The notes under the pieces were generated by a model that was not told where the DNA came from, made no database searches, and saw nothing but the letters and a program-made list of their open reading frames with translations. From a bacterium (GTDB lineage Bacteria > Bacteroidota > Ignavibacteria > Kapaibacteriales > UBA2268), in the NCBI GenBank assembly GCA_024711295.1, contig JANJTB010000002.1, positions 78,223-142,222 on the forward strand: a stretch of 64,000 bases of DNA, given 5' to 3'. The translations under genes and the position numbers were made by a program. Numbering within the stretch: the first letter of the stretch is position 1; the number at the start of each line of letters is the position of its first letter. Positions 1-8,734 of this stretch are shown in pieces.

Positions 1-217
1 CAATCCTAATTTTTCTTTCAATTACACTATTGTTATTGTCATATACAAGTAAATAACAATAATCGTATGTTATTATGCAAGCTGGCCCAGGTATATTATC
101 TGGCGGACACATTATTGTTATTGTAGTTGTTGATATTGGTATGCAATTATCGAGGAAGGATTGTCCAAAACAATTTTCATTTTGAGCTAGAGCGCTTTCA
201 CTTATACTAAATGTCAT
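1..217 (-). CDS. partial ORF (N-terminal part only, runs off window start); Cys-rich hypothetical protein
   Basis: ATG at 217 on the minus strand, open to nt 1. Hand translation: MTFSISESALAQNENCFGQSFLDNCIPISTTTITIMCPPDNIPGPACIITYDYCY... No family recognised. Not in the ORF track because no stop falls inside the window. Confidence 0.3.
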   Translation of the reverse strand, partial: MTFSISESALAQNENCFGQSFLDNCIPISTTTITIMCPPDNIPGPACIITYDYCYLLVYDNNNSVIERKIRI

Positions 218-247
218 AATTAAAATTAAAGCTAGTGATACTTTTAA

Positions 248-277
248 GCTCTGATGCTCTGATGCTCTGATGCTCTG
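248..277. repeat. perfect tandem octamer repeat (GCTCTGAT) x3 plus a partial 4th copy
   Basis: Read directly: gctctgat gctctgat gctctgat gctctg. It lies in the putative promoter/5' region of the partial minus-strand ORF. Confidence 0.9.
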
Positions 278-632
278 TAGCGAAGTACTTTTTAAAATAC
301 ATAATTCCTCCAAAGTAAGTTTAATAAAAATCTATTTTCCCCTTTTAAAAGGGTAAAAAAAACTTTTTCAACATATCCACAAAGAACACACCCCAAATTA
401 AGAAATATTTATTATATTTCCAAGTATAATTTCATATCTATAAAAATATTCCAACTCCTAAGCAAGTAAATATCAGTACTTTTCTTTAATTATTTGGCTG
501 ACTCATTTGTTTGGATAATTGCAAATAATTAGTTTTAATTGTAATGATTTTATTAATAATTTTCAAGTAGCTTCTGATAAGTTATGTAAATGGCATTTTG
601 TTAAATTATAAGTGTTTAGGTGTAGTTAATAC

Positions 633-660
633 AAAAAAAGGCGAATAGAAATTCGCCTTA
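633..660 (-). terminator. rho-independent terminator downstream of gpmA
   Basis: Hairpin GGCGAAT-aga-ATTCGCC. On the minus strand it is followed by a T-run (plus-strand aaaaaaa at 633-639). It sits 20 nt after the gpmA stop. Confidence 0.65.
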
Positions 661-680
661 TCATTAATTTAGTTTCAAAG

Positions 681-1427
681 TTATTTTGCTTTACCCTGAT
701 TGGCAACAGCTTCCATAGCTTTTTTGATTTCGTCTTCATCACCTAAGAAATACCTTTTAATTGGCTTTAAGTTCTCATCTAATTCATAAACCATAGGTAC
801 ACCTGTTGGCATGTTAAAATTAAGGATTTCATCTTCGCTCATGTTGTCGAGGTGTTTGATTAAAGCCCTAAGTGAATTACCATGAGCTGCAATTATTACT
901 TTTTTCCCTGATTTAATATCAGGTACGATAGTTTCATTCCATAGAGGCATGACTCTATCAACCGTATCAGCAAGGCATTCACCCTTTGGTAATAATGATT
1001 TTTCGATATTCTGATATTTAATGTCATTTCCGGGAAAATGTACGTGAGTATCATCAACAAATGGTGGAGGTGTAGAGTAACTTCTACGCCAAATTTTTAC
1101 CTGATCTTCGCCATATTTCTGAGCAGTTTCGGATTTGTTAAGACCTTGCAGGGCACCATAATGGCGTTCGTTTAATCTCCAACTGCGAATCACAGGAATC
1201 CATAACAAGTCAAGATTATCAAGAACGATCCACAAGGTGCGAATTGCTCTTTTCAAGACAGAAGTGTAGGCAACATCAAAAGTAAGCCCTGCATTCCTAA
1301 TTGCTTCAGCTGCTTTGGCTGCTTCGTTCAATCCTTTTGTTGACAAATCAACATCAACCCAACCTGTGAATCTATTCTCTTGATTCCATGTACTTTCGCC
1401 GTGTCTAACTATAACTAACTTATACAT
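681..1427 (-). CDS. gpmA: 2,3-bisphosphoglycerate-dependent phosphoglycerate mutase
   Basis: N-terminus [11 protein letters not shown] with catalytic His; RHYG and HGNSLRAL motifs; 248 aa, typical dPGM length. Confidence 0.95.
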   Translation of the reverse strand: MYKLVIVRHGESTWNQENRFTGWVDVDLSTKGLNEAAKAAEAIRNAGLTFDVAYTSVLKRAIRTLWIVLDNLDLLWIPVIRSWRLNERHYGALQGLNKSETAQKYGEDQVKIWRRSYSTPPPFVDDTHVHFPGNDIKYQNIEKSLLPKGECLADTVDRVMPLWNETIVPDIKSGKKVIIAAHGNSLRALIKHLDNMSEDEILNFNMPTGVPMVYELDENLKPIKRYFLGDEDEIKKAMEAVANQGKAK

Positions 1428-1446
1428 CTTTCTTTTTCCTATTATT

Positions 1447-2208
1447 TTAATTTTTATTTATAAAATTATAATATTCTGCAGCTCTGTTTAGTTCATCAAC
1501 AGTATTGATACCCTGTAACTCATCGAAGGGTGCTGCATTAATTCCATAGACTGATTTACCAATATTTTTCAATATTTCGATTATATCTGTAAGATAATAT
1601 TCTTTTTGTGCATTATTATTTGTAATCATTTCTAGTGAGCTATATAATAAACTTGCTTTAATCATATAAATACCGCTATTGATTTCATTTATATTTAGAA
1701 TCTGTTCATCAGCATCTTTATGCTCAACAATTTTCATAAAATTTTGATCTGTATCTCTTACAATTCTACCATATCCGGAGGGATTAGGAGCAAAAGTTGT
1801 CAAGACAGAAATTTCAGATTTTACTTCATTATGAATGTTTATGAACTTCTTTAATGACTCGTGCTTAAGTAAAGGTACATCACCTGCAAGAATCAATACA
1901 TCACCATCGAAATCTTTGAGTAGATTATATGTTTGCATCACAGCATGGCCGGTACCGAGTTGTTCGTCCTGTGAAGTAAAATCAACACCCCCGAATTCGG
2001 AGTCCTTAATATAATTAATTACAAGTTCTTTTTGGTGCCCAACAACCAAAACCTTTTTCTGAGGATTAAGTTTTTCTACTTGATTTAAAACAAACGAGAT
2101 TAAGGGTTTTCCATTAATTTCAGCTAATACTTTTGGCAAATCAGGATTATTCATCCTTTTCCCTTTGCCGGCAGCAAGTATTATTACTGCAAACTTATTT
2201 TTTTCCAT
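1447..2208 (-). CDS. sugar-1-phosphate nucleotidyltransferase, GlmU N-terminal (uridyltransferase) domain only
   Basis: LAAGKGKRM and GDVPLL motifs of the GlmU pyrophosphorylase domain. 253 aa. No left-handed beta-helix acetyltransferase domain. Confidence 0.75.
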   Translation of the reverse strand: MEKNKFAVIILAAGKGKRMNNPDLPKVLAEINGKPLISFVLNQVEKLNPQKKVLVVGHQKELVINYIKDSEFGGVDFTSQDEQLGTGHAVMQTYNLLKDFDGDVLILAGDVPLLKHESLKKFINIHNEVKSEISVLTTFAPNPSGYGRIVRDTDQNFMKIVEHKDADEQILNINEINSGIYMIKASLLYSSLEMITNNNAQKEYYLTDIIEILKNIGKSVYGINAAPFDELQGINTVDELNRAAEYYNFINKN

Positions 2209-2584
2209 TATTAGTAGCTTGTATTGAATCAGTGATAGATTTAATTTTATTTTTGGAGTCTAACAAAACAACAGTCGGCAAATGCTCGTCAATTTTATCA
2301 TTATCAACCATACAGTAACTCATGATTATAATTTTGTCACCAACAGCACCCTTACGTGCAGCTGCACCATTCAGGCAAATAGTTCCCGTACCACGTTCAC
2401 CAGTGATAACATAAGTTTCGAAGCGTTCACCATTATTAATATTAACAACAGAAACTTTTTCATAATGCTTAAGGTCTGCTGCTTCCATCAACTCTTCATC
2501 AATGGTCAGGCTACCTTCGTAATAAAGCTCTGCCTGAGTAATAGTTGCCTGATGAAGCTTAGATTTAAGGAAATTTCTTAGCAC
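2195..2584 (-). CDS. panD: aspartate 1-decarboxylase
   Basis: MLRNFLKSKLHQATIT... start; the pyruvoyl-forming processing site (Gly-Ser in ITGERGTG) is present; 129 aa. Confidence 0.9.
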   Translation of the reverse strand: MLRNFLKSKLHQATITQAELYYEGSLTIDEELMEAADLKHYEKVSVVNINNGERFETYVITGERGTGTICLNGAAARKGAVGDKIIIMSYCMVDNDKIDEHLPTVVLLDSKNKIKSITDSIQATNNGKK

Positions 2585-2668
2585 CGGATTTTCCTGGAAT
2601 CAATGATAAATAAACAATTTTAGTTAAGACGAGTTTTAATAAAATTTATTAATTTTAGTGTAATACTT

Positions 2669-4048
2669 TTATTGATTAGTCAGTGTAATGATTTTTTCTG
2701 CAACCCTTTTACCGCTAAAAGCACCACTTTCAATCGTTGCCGGTAAGCCGGTATCAGTCCAATCACCGGCGATAAAAAAATTATTTAAAGAGGTTTCTGC
2801 CTTAGGTCTCAATTTTTCGTTTTCTACAGTTTGTCTGAATGTTGCAAATTTCTCAGTTATAATCCTATAATGAAGCAAATGACTTTTATCAAAATTCGGG
2901 AATAACTTAATTAATTCTTCTGTCATTAAACCAATAAGCTTTTCATGAGCCATACCAACATACTTACTTGCCGCACTTATTGTAATTGAATAAGAGTATG
3001 AAAACTTGTATTCATACTCTTTGTTCAAAATCTTTCTTCTATTAAAAATCCATTGAATATCAGAATTTAAAACAGATACAAAATCAACATCAAACAATTC
3101 TATATCCAACCAAATATAAACTGAAATAATTGGTGAATAGGAAAATTTGGACAAATACTTGAAATTTACATTATCATCATCAAACATCTTACTTAAAGAA
3201 AACGCCTGAACTGAAGATACATAATAATCTGCTTTTAAGATAGCATCATTATTCAAAAAGATGCCCGTTACTTGACTTCTATCAATTAAAAGTTTGCTAA
3301 CTTTATTTGAATATTGAATTACACCACCTAATTCAATAATTTTATTTTCAATAATTTTTAGCAAATGTGGAAAATCATACTTCGGAAAAGCCAACCTGGA
3401 ATTATCTGTATCTTCGATAAATGCTTTCTTTAAAATATTTATTAAAATTTTTGCCGAAGCATCTTTAAGCTCTGTGTTCATTGTAGCTATAATGAATGGC
3501 TCCCAGAATCTTGAGATTGCATCATCATATTGATTGTGTATTTTTAAAAACTCATAACAAGTATTGCTAATACTACTGTTTTCAATATGTGAAATTTTTA
3601 GTAAAAGTTTGATTATTGCAATTTTGGATTTGAAACTAATACCTTTTAAATTGAGAAAGCCAGCTAACTGCCCGGCTTTCCCTGGTAAATATCCACAGTT
3701 AAGAAGTGATGCAGCCCCTAATGTATCTAAATAATTAACTCTTAAAGATTTCTGAATCTTTATGAACTCAGTTAATTTTTCTCTACCTAAGATTTCAAAA
3801 AAGGTATGATAAGCAGTCATCAGAGCATGCTGCCCATTGTCAATAGTTTCCTGAGATATAGAATCAAAAAGGGCAGTAAGCCTGCCCCCTATTGAATTTG
3901 TTGCTTCTACAACAGTAACGTTCAAACCATTTTTTGTCAAATAGTATGCAGCAGATAAACCTGATATACCAGCACCTATTATGACAACTGATTTCTTATT
4001 ATCTGTTACCACGGTGATGGTCCCTACTTCTACCTCTATTATCGCCAT
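2669..4048 (-). CDS. FAD-dependent oxidoreductase, amine oxidase / phytoene desaturase / HpnE-like family
   Basis: N-terminal dinucleotide fold VVIIGAGISGLSAAYYL and a C-terminal FAD motif IAGDWTDTGLPATIESGAFSG. The start is uncertain. The track ORF extends to 4141 with a likely alternative start. ATG codons at 4051/4048, or a GTG near 4012, would reduce the overlap with the pnp 3' end. Confidence 0.7.
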   Translation of the reverse strand: MAIIEVEVGTITVVTDNKKSVVIIGAGISGLSAAYYLTKNGLNVTVVEATNSIGGRLTALFDSISQETIDNGQHALMTAYHTFFEILGREKLTEFIKIQKSLRVNYLDTLGAASLLNCGYLPGKAGQLAGFLNLKGISFKSKIAIIKLLLKISHIENSSISNTCYEFLKIHNQYDDAISRFWEPFIIATMNTELKDASAKILINILKKAFIEDTDNSRLAFPKYDFPHLLKIIENKIIELGGVIQYSNKVSKLLIDRSQVTGIFLNNDAILKADYYVSSVQAFSLSKMFDDDNVNFKYLSKFSYSPIISVYIWLDIELFDVDFVSVLNSDIQWIFNRRKILNKEYEYKFSYSYSITISAASKYVGMAHEKLIGLMTEELIKLFPNFDKSHLLHYRIITEKFATFRQTVENEKLRPKAETSLNNFFIAGDWTDTGLPATIESGAFSGKRVAEKIITLTNQ

Positions 4049-6188
4049 CATTGTTACGTGGTTTTTCATCAGGCAGGTGAGCAGGTTTTTCCAGTAATGC
4101 TTTTCTGGAAAGGCGATATTTTCCATCCTTTGAGATTTCAATGAGTTTTACCTCAACCTTGTCACCAACACTTAAAATGTCACCAACATTCTCAGTTCTT
4201 TCATGAGCAATTTGTGATATATGAAGCAATCCCTGAGTCTTTGGCAGGAATTCAACAAAAGCACCTAATCCTTCACGAATCTCTTTAATTTTGCCGGTAT
4301 AAATCTCACCTTCCTGAGGCTTGGCTGTAAGTCCGTTTATAACAGCAATTGCCTGGTCACTTGCTTCTTTGGTAGTAGCAGCGACAAGTACAGTACCATC
4401 ATCTTCGATATTTATCTCAACGTTATAATCTTTACAAATTCCGCGAATAGTTTCACCACCCTGTCCAATAACGGCACCGATAGTATCCTGTGGAATTTTT
4501 ATAGAAGTAAATCGTGGAGCAAACTGTGAAATGTCTTCTCTTGGTTGGTCTATAGTTTGATTCATAATTTCAAGAATATGTAATCTACCAACACGAGCTT
4601 GTTCGAGTGCAATTGACATGATATCTGTAGATAGACCTTCAATTTTTATGTCCATTTGGCAGGCAGTAATACCATCAACTGTACCTGTGACTTTGAAGTC
4701 CATATCACCAAGAAAATCTTCATCTCCCAGAATATCACTCAATACAGCTACTCTTTCATCCTCTTTAATCAAGCCCATAGCTATACCTGCTACAGGTTTT
4801 TTGAGAGGAACGCCTGCATCGAACATTGATAATGTACCAGCACATACTGTTGCCATCGAGGAGGAACCATTAGATTCTAAAATATCAGATACAATTCTCA
4901 TAGTATAAGGAAAGTCTGATGCTTCAGGTATCATACCTTTGAGTGCTCTCCATGCAAGGTTTCCGTGCCCTACTTCTCTTCTGCTGACTCCCATTCTACC
5001 AACTTCACCTGTTGAGAATGGCGGAAAATTATAATGAAGGAGAAATCTTTCGGTGTACATTGGCTGAAGACCTTCAATCATTTGTTCGTCTCGGTTAGTT
5101 CCAAGAGTAAGTGATGTTAAGCTTTGGGTTTCGCCTCTGGTAAATAGTGCCGAACCGTGACTACGTGGAAGTAATCCAACTTCGCAGGATATAGGTCTTA
5201 TTTGAGTTGTATTTCGACCATCCAGTCGAACACCATCATCGAGAATCATATTTCTCATATAAGATTTTTCCAACTTGCTAACATATGTAGAAGTAATTTT
5301 CTCGAGTTTGCCTTCCCATTCTTCAACTTCTCCAAATATTTCAATTACTTTAGCAAGTGCTTTTTCAAAAATATTTGCTCTTTGTTCTCTTCTTTGCTCT
5401 TTATTTGTTACAGTATGGACGTAGGCATGCAATTCTTCATGAATTTCTTTTTTAATGATTTCGTCAATACCTTCTGGTACAACATCAATTATCAATTCTC
5501 GTTTGACAGGCATACCTTCTTCGAGGAGCATTTTCTGCAAAGAGTTAAGCTCTTTTATTTTGTTATGTCCAAATTCCAAAGCAGCAATAAAATCCTGCTC
5601 TGAGATTTCTTTAGACTCACCTTCAACCATCAAAATTGCATTGTCGCTACCGGCAATTGTAATATCAATATCAGAATTTTTTAACAAATCATAACTTGGA
5701 TTAACAACAAATTCACCTTCAATTCTTCCAACTCTAACTTCTGAAATAGGACCGTTGAACGGAATATCTGAAATAAGTAATGCTGCTGAAGCACCAACAG
5801 CACCAAGAGTATCAGGGTCAACAGTAGGATCTGCAGAAAAAACATTCGCAATAATTTGTGTTTCGTAAGTCCACCCTTTTGGAATTAATGGCCTGATTGG
5901 TCTGTCAATAAGTCTGGCAGATAATACTTCTTTGTCGGTTGGTCTGCCTTCTCTTTTAAGAAAACCGCCAGGAATTTTACCTACGGCAGAGGTCTTTTCA
6001 CGATATTCAACCTGGAGTGGAAGAAAATCAATATCAGGTTTAGGCGTTTCTGATGCAACAGCAGTAACCAATACCATTGTATCTTCGCATTTAACCATTA
6101 CAGCACCATTTGCAAACTTTGCAAATTTACCGACTTCAAGAGAGTACTCTTTACCTTCGAAATTTATTGATACTTTCTTATGATTCAT
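3999..6188 (-). CDS. pnp: polyribonucleotide nucleotidyltransferase (PNPase)
   Basis: Two RNase PH domains plus KH and S1 domains; 729 aa; conserved synteny downstream of rpsO. Confidence 0.97.
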   Translation of the reverse strand: MNHKKVSINFEGKEYSLEVGKFAKFANGAVMVKCEDTMVLVTAVASETPKPDIDFLPLQVEYREKTSAVGKIPGGFLKREGRPTDKEVLSARLIDRPIRPLIPKGWTYETQIIANVFSADPTVDPDTLGAVGASAALLISDIPFNGPISEVRVGRIEGEFVVNPSYDLLKNSDIDITIAGSDNAILMVEGESKEISEQDFIAALEFGHNKIKELNSLQKMLLEEGMPVKRELIIDVVPEGIDEIIKKEIHEELHAYVHTVTNKEQRREQRANIFEKALAKVIEIFGEVEEWEGKLEKITSTYVSKLEKSYMRNMILDDGVRLDGRNTTQIRPISCEVGLLPRSHGSALFTRGETQSLTSLTLGTNRDEQMIEGLQPMYTERFLLHYNFPPFSTGEVGRMGVSRREVGHGNLAWRALKGMIPEASDFPYTMRIVSDILESNGSSSMATVCAGTLSMFDAGVPLKKPVAGIAMGLIKEDERVAVLSDILGDEDFLGDMDFKVTGTVDGITACQMDIKIEGLSTDIMSIALEQARVGRLHILEIMNQTIDQPREDISQFAPRFTSIKIPQDTIGAVIGQGGETIRGICKDYNVEINIEDDGTVLVAATTKEASDQAIAVINGLTAKPQEGEIYTGKIKEIREGLGAFVEFLPKTQGLLHISQIAHERTENVGDILSVGDKVEVKLIEISKDGKYRLSRKALLEKPAHLPDEKPRNNDGDNRGRSRDHHRGNR

Positions 6189-6211
6189 AATTAATCAACT
6201 TCTTTGATTTT

Positions 6212-6242
6212 AAATAAAAAAAACGGCGTCTTAAACGCCGCT
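6212..6242 (-). terminator. rpsO terminator / rpsO-pnp intergenic hairpin
   Basis: CGGCG-tcttaaa-CGCCG hairpin preceded on the plus strand by an A8 run, i.e. a T-run after the hairpin on the minus strand. It lies between rpsO and pnp. Confidence 0.7.
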
Positions 6243-6267
6243 TGTTCCAAAATTAATATTTTAAGAA

Positions 6268-6534
6268 TTACTTTCTTAAAGATAATGCAGCTATCACCTG
6301 ACGATAGCGTTCAATATCATTATTAGCAAGATAACTGAGCAACCTGCGTCTTTTCGAAACAAGCTTAATGAGACCTCTACGGCTGTGGTGATCTTTCTTA
6401 TGCATATCAAGATGACCTGTTAGGTGGTTTATTCTTGTAGTAAGCATAGAAATCTGCACTTCAGGCCTGCCGGTATCTGCATTATTTTGGCCGAAATTTT
6501 TGATTGCTTCTAATTTTTGCTCTTTAGTAATCAT
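6268..6534 (-). CDS. rpsO: 30S ribosomal protein S15
   Basis: 88 aa. [32 protein letters not shown] is canonical S15. Confidence 0.95.
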   Translation of the reverse strand: MITKEQKLEAIKNFGQNNADTGRPEVQISMLTTRINHLTGHLDMHKKDHHSRRGLIKLVSKRRRLLSYLANNDIERYRQVIAALSLRK

Positions 6535-6620
6535 TTACTACTCCGTTTAAACAAAATCTGTATTTTTACGAAATATAAAAATACGAATATTTTTCGATAA
6601 TACCAAAATTTTTAGCTAAT

Positions 6621-6776
6621 TTAACTGTTTTTATTCAAAATAATTAATGCTCCAATAACACCTGGAATCCAACCTGCTAAAGTAAGCAAAAATACTATCA
6701 CAATTGAACCACACCCTTTATCCAAAACTGCAAGTGGTGGACATATTACACTTAATATTACTCTGAATAAACTCAT
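6621..6776 (-). CDS. small Pmp3/YqaE (UPF0057) family membrane proteolipid, 51 aa
   Basis: Hand translation: MSLFRVILSVICPPLAVLDKGCGSIVIVFLLTLAGWIPGVIGALIILNKNS. It has two TM segments and the family's conserved GW.PGVIhA-like motif. Absent from the ORF track (<60 aa). Confidence 0.6.
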   Translation of the reverse strand: MSLFRVILSVICPPLAVLDKGCGSIVIVFLLTLAGWIPGVIGALIILNKNS

Positions 6777-6956
6777 AAATTATTGACTTTTCTTTGCTTT
6801 ATTTATTTGATAATATTACGTATTAATAATGATTTAGTTTCAATAAACAGTTCATTCAAAGAAACAAAAATAAAGTTGATTAAGAATAAATTAAAAATAA
6901 TTTGCAAATTATTAAGTCTTAGATTTGTTGTTAAGAAAATGTAAGTTGTTTTTTAA

Positions 6957-7559
6957 ATGGAAAAAATTCAGTTATTAGTATTAGGCTTATCAGCATCACC
7001 TGCAAGCAATAATGCTTACGCATTAATATTAAAAGAAGTGGATGGTGATAGAAGATTACCGATTATTATTGGCTCTTTCGAAGCACAGGCTATTGCTCTA
7101 GAGATGGAAGGAGTAGTCCCGCCACGTCCAATGACACACGATTTAGTTCGAAATATCATAGATCAATTTGATATATCTTTATCCGAGGTATTTATCAATG
7201 ATATGGTTGATGGTACTTTTTATGCAAAATTGATTTTCGAAACACTGGATATCGAAATTGATTGTCGCCCAAGTGATGCTATAGCAATTGCAGTCAGATG
7301 CAGCGTTCCAATATACGTATCTTCTGATATTCTTGATGAGACAGGTGTTGTACCACAAGACGAGATTCCGGATGAAGCAAGTTTTGGAAATGAAGGTGAT
7401 ACTCAATATTTCAAAAAAGAAGATAAATCAAAAAAGACTTCTGGTAAAAATAAGCTTGAATCAATTCAACTTGAGCTTGAAAAAGCAATACGGGAAGAAA
7501 ACTATGAGTTAGCTGCATCGCTTAGAGATGAGTTAAAGAAATTTTCGGAATATCAATAG
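6957..7559 (+). CDS. bifunctional nuclease (BFN/DUF151) domain protein with C-terminal UVR motif
   Basis: N-terminal domain LPIIIGSFEAQAIALEMEG...RPMTHDL...CRPSDAIAIA. C-terminal EKAIREENYELAASLRDEL is a UvrB/UvrC-type UVR motif. Confidence 0.75.
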   Translation: MEKIQLLVLGLSASPASNNAYALILKEVDGDRRLPIIIGSFEAQAIALEMEGVVPPRPMTHDLVRNIIDQFDISLSEVFINDMVDGTFYAKLIFETLDIEIDCRPSDAIAIAVRCSVPIYVSSDILDETGVVPQDEIPDEASFGNEGDTQYFKKEDKSKKTSGKNKLESIQLELEKAIREENYELAASLRDELKKFSEYQ

Positions 7560-7566
7560 TAGATTA

Positions 7567-8301
7567 ATGAATATCAACACCAAAGTTAAAATCTTTGTGA
7601 AAGATTTTTTCCCTCAACTTAGTTATAAGTATTTGGGATATAAAAATCCACATTATATACAAAGAGTTAAAGTTATTAATCATTTGGGTATAAATGTTTT
7701 CTTTGATATCGGAGCAAATATTGGTCATTATGCCCATTCTCTCAGGAACTTTGGGTATAAAGGCAAAATAGTTTCATTCGAGCCGATGAATGCAGAATTT
7801 CAAGTGTTAACGAACAGAGCTGTTTCTGATGAAAATTGGCTAACATGTAATTATGGCTTTGGAAACAGCGATGAGGAACTCGACATAAATATTTCGAAAA
7901 ACTCTGTAAGCTCTTCCCTATTGAAAGTAAATTCTGAGCTAACAGAAATTGTGCCGGAAACTGCATACATCGGAACAGAAAAAGTAAAGATTTATAAAAT
8001 TGATTCAATAATTGATGATTTCATTGATGAGAAATCTAAGTTATTTATTAAAATTGATGCTCAAGGATACGAATCAGAGATTATTAAAGGTGCCACAAAC
8101 TCATTAAACAAAATTATTGGATTCAAACTTGAATTACCTTTTTTTGAATTATACAATACTGAGAAAACCTTTTTAGAACTTGTTAATTTTATGGATTCTA
8201 TAGGTTTTAGGTTGATTTACATCGAACCAGGTTGGAATAATCCAATCACAGGCTTTAGTATTGAGGCTGATGGAATTTTTGTGAAGAAGGAAATTTTGTA
8301 G
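7567..8301 (+). CDS. FkbM-family SAM-dependent methyltransferase
   Basis: FDIGANIGHYA glycine-rich SAM motif with the typical FkbM architecture; 244 aa. Confidence 0.7.
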   Translation: MNINTKVKIFVKDFFPQLSYKYLGYKNPHYIQRVKVINHLGINVFFDIGANIGHYAHSLRNFGYKGKIVSFEPMNAEFQVLTNRAVSDENWLTCNYGFGNSDEELDINISKNSVSSSLLKVNSELTEIVPETAYIGTEKVKIYKIDSIIDDFIDEKSKLFIKIDAQGYESEIIKGATNSLNKIIGFKLELPFFELYNTEKTFLELVNFMDSIGFRLIYIEPGWNNPITGFSIEADGIFVKKEIL

Positions 8302-8355
8302 CTTTTTTATTTTGCTAAAACAAAAAAATATATTATTTTTGTAATCTGTTTTTTT

Positions 8356-8429
8356 GCCGGGGTAGCTCAGGTGGTTAGAGCAACGGAATCATAATCCGTG
8401 TGTCGGGGGTTCAAATCCCTCTCCCGGTA
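8356..8429 (+). tRNA. tRNA-Met (anticodon CAT; elongator Met or tRNA-Ile2 lysidine type not distinguishable)
   Basis: Cloverleaf read by hand: D-arm TAGCTCAGGTGGTTAGAGC; anticodon stem-loop ACGGA-AUCAUAA-TCCGT; T-arm GGGGG-TTCAAAT-CCCTC; acceptor GCCGGGG/TCCCGGT. Confidence 0.85.
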
Positions 8430-8442
8430 CTCAAAAACGCGA

Positions 8443-8478
8443 AAGGCTGTGAAATCAATCACAGCCTTTCTTCGTTAT
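8443..8478. terminator. bidirectional hairpin terminator after tRNA-Met (copy 1 of the GGCTGTGA hairpin)
   Basis: AAAGGCTGTGA-aatcaa-TCACAGCCTTT with T-rich runs on both sides. Confidence 0.6.
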
Positions 8479-8479
8479 T

Positions 8480-8585
8480 ATTGGTGAATTCATATAGACC
8501 TTCATAGTTCAAAAATCCATACACTCATTATCCACAAATTTCCACTGTTTTTCAATACTTTTTGGATACAAATTGGACAAAAGAA
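8480..8585 (+). repeat. conserved tRNA-downstream element of about 100 nt, copy A
   Basis: About 87% identical (by-eye alignment) to the reverse complement of 33131-33240. Shared core: GTTCAAAAATCnATACACTCATTATCCACnAATTTCCACTGTnTTTCAAnACTTTTTGGAnACAAATTGGACA. Confidence 0.6.
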
Positions 8586-8675
8586 TTATAAAGTTGATCT
8601 AATGCTAGACTCAATAAAAAATTAACAGATAAACATCATGAAGATTGTTCAAATCTATCTACCGACACTAAAAAA

Positions 8676-8712
8676 AACGAAAGGCTGTGAAATGAATCAC
8701 AGCCTTCTAAAT
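8676..8712 (-). terminator. terminator of the FadL-like gene (copy 2 of the GGCTGTGA hairpin)
   Basis: GAAAGGCTGTGA-aatgaa-TCACAGCCTTC, followed on the minus strand by a T8 run; 23 nt after the CDS stop. Confidence 0.6.
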
Positions 8713-8734
8713 ACATATAAATTGAATTATACTA

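Noticed and set aside
341-365. Palindrome CCCTTTTAAAAGGG followed by A9 in the 300-680 intergenic region, as a terminator
   Set aside because: There is no T-run on the 3' side in either orientation. It is probably just an AT-rich palindrome, and no gene ends nearby on the plus strand.
2133-2581. Track ORFs antisense to or overlapping panD and the GlmU-like gene (2133-2318 +, 2282-2581 +)
   Set aside because: They lie antisense within well-supported conserved genes, and their low-complexity translations have no homology features.
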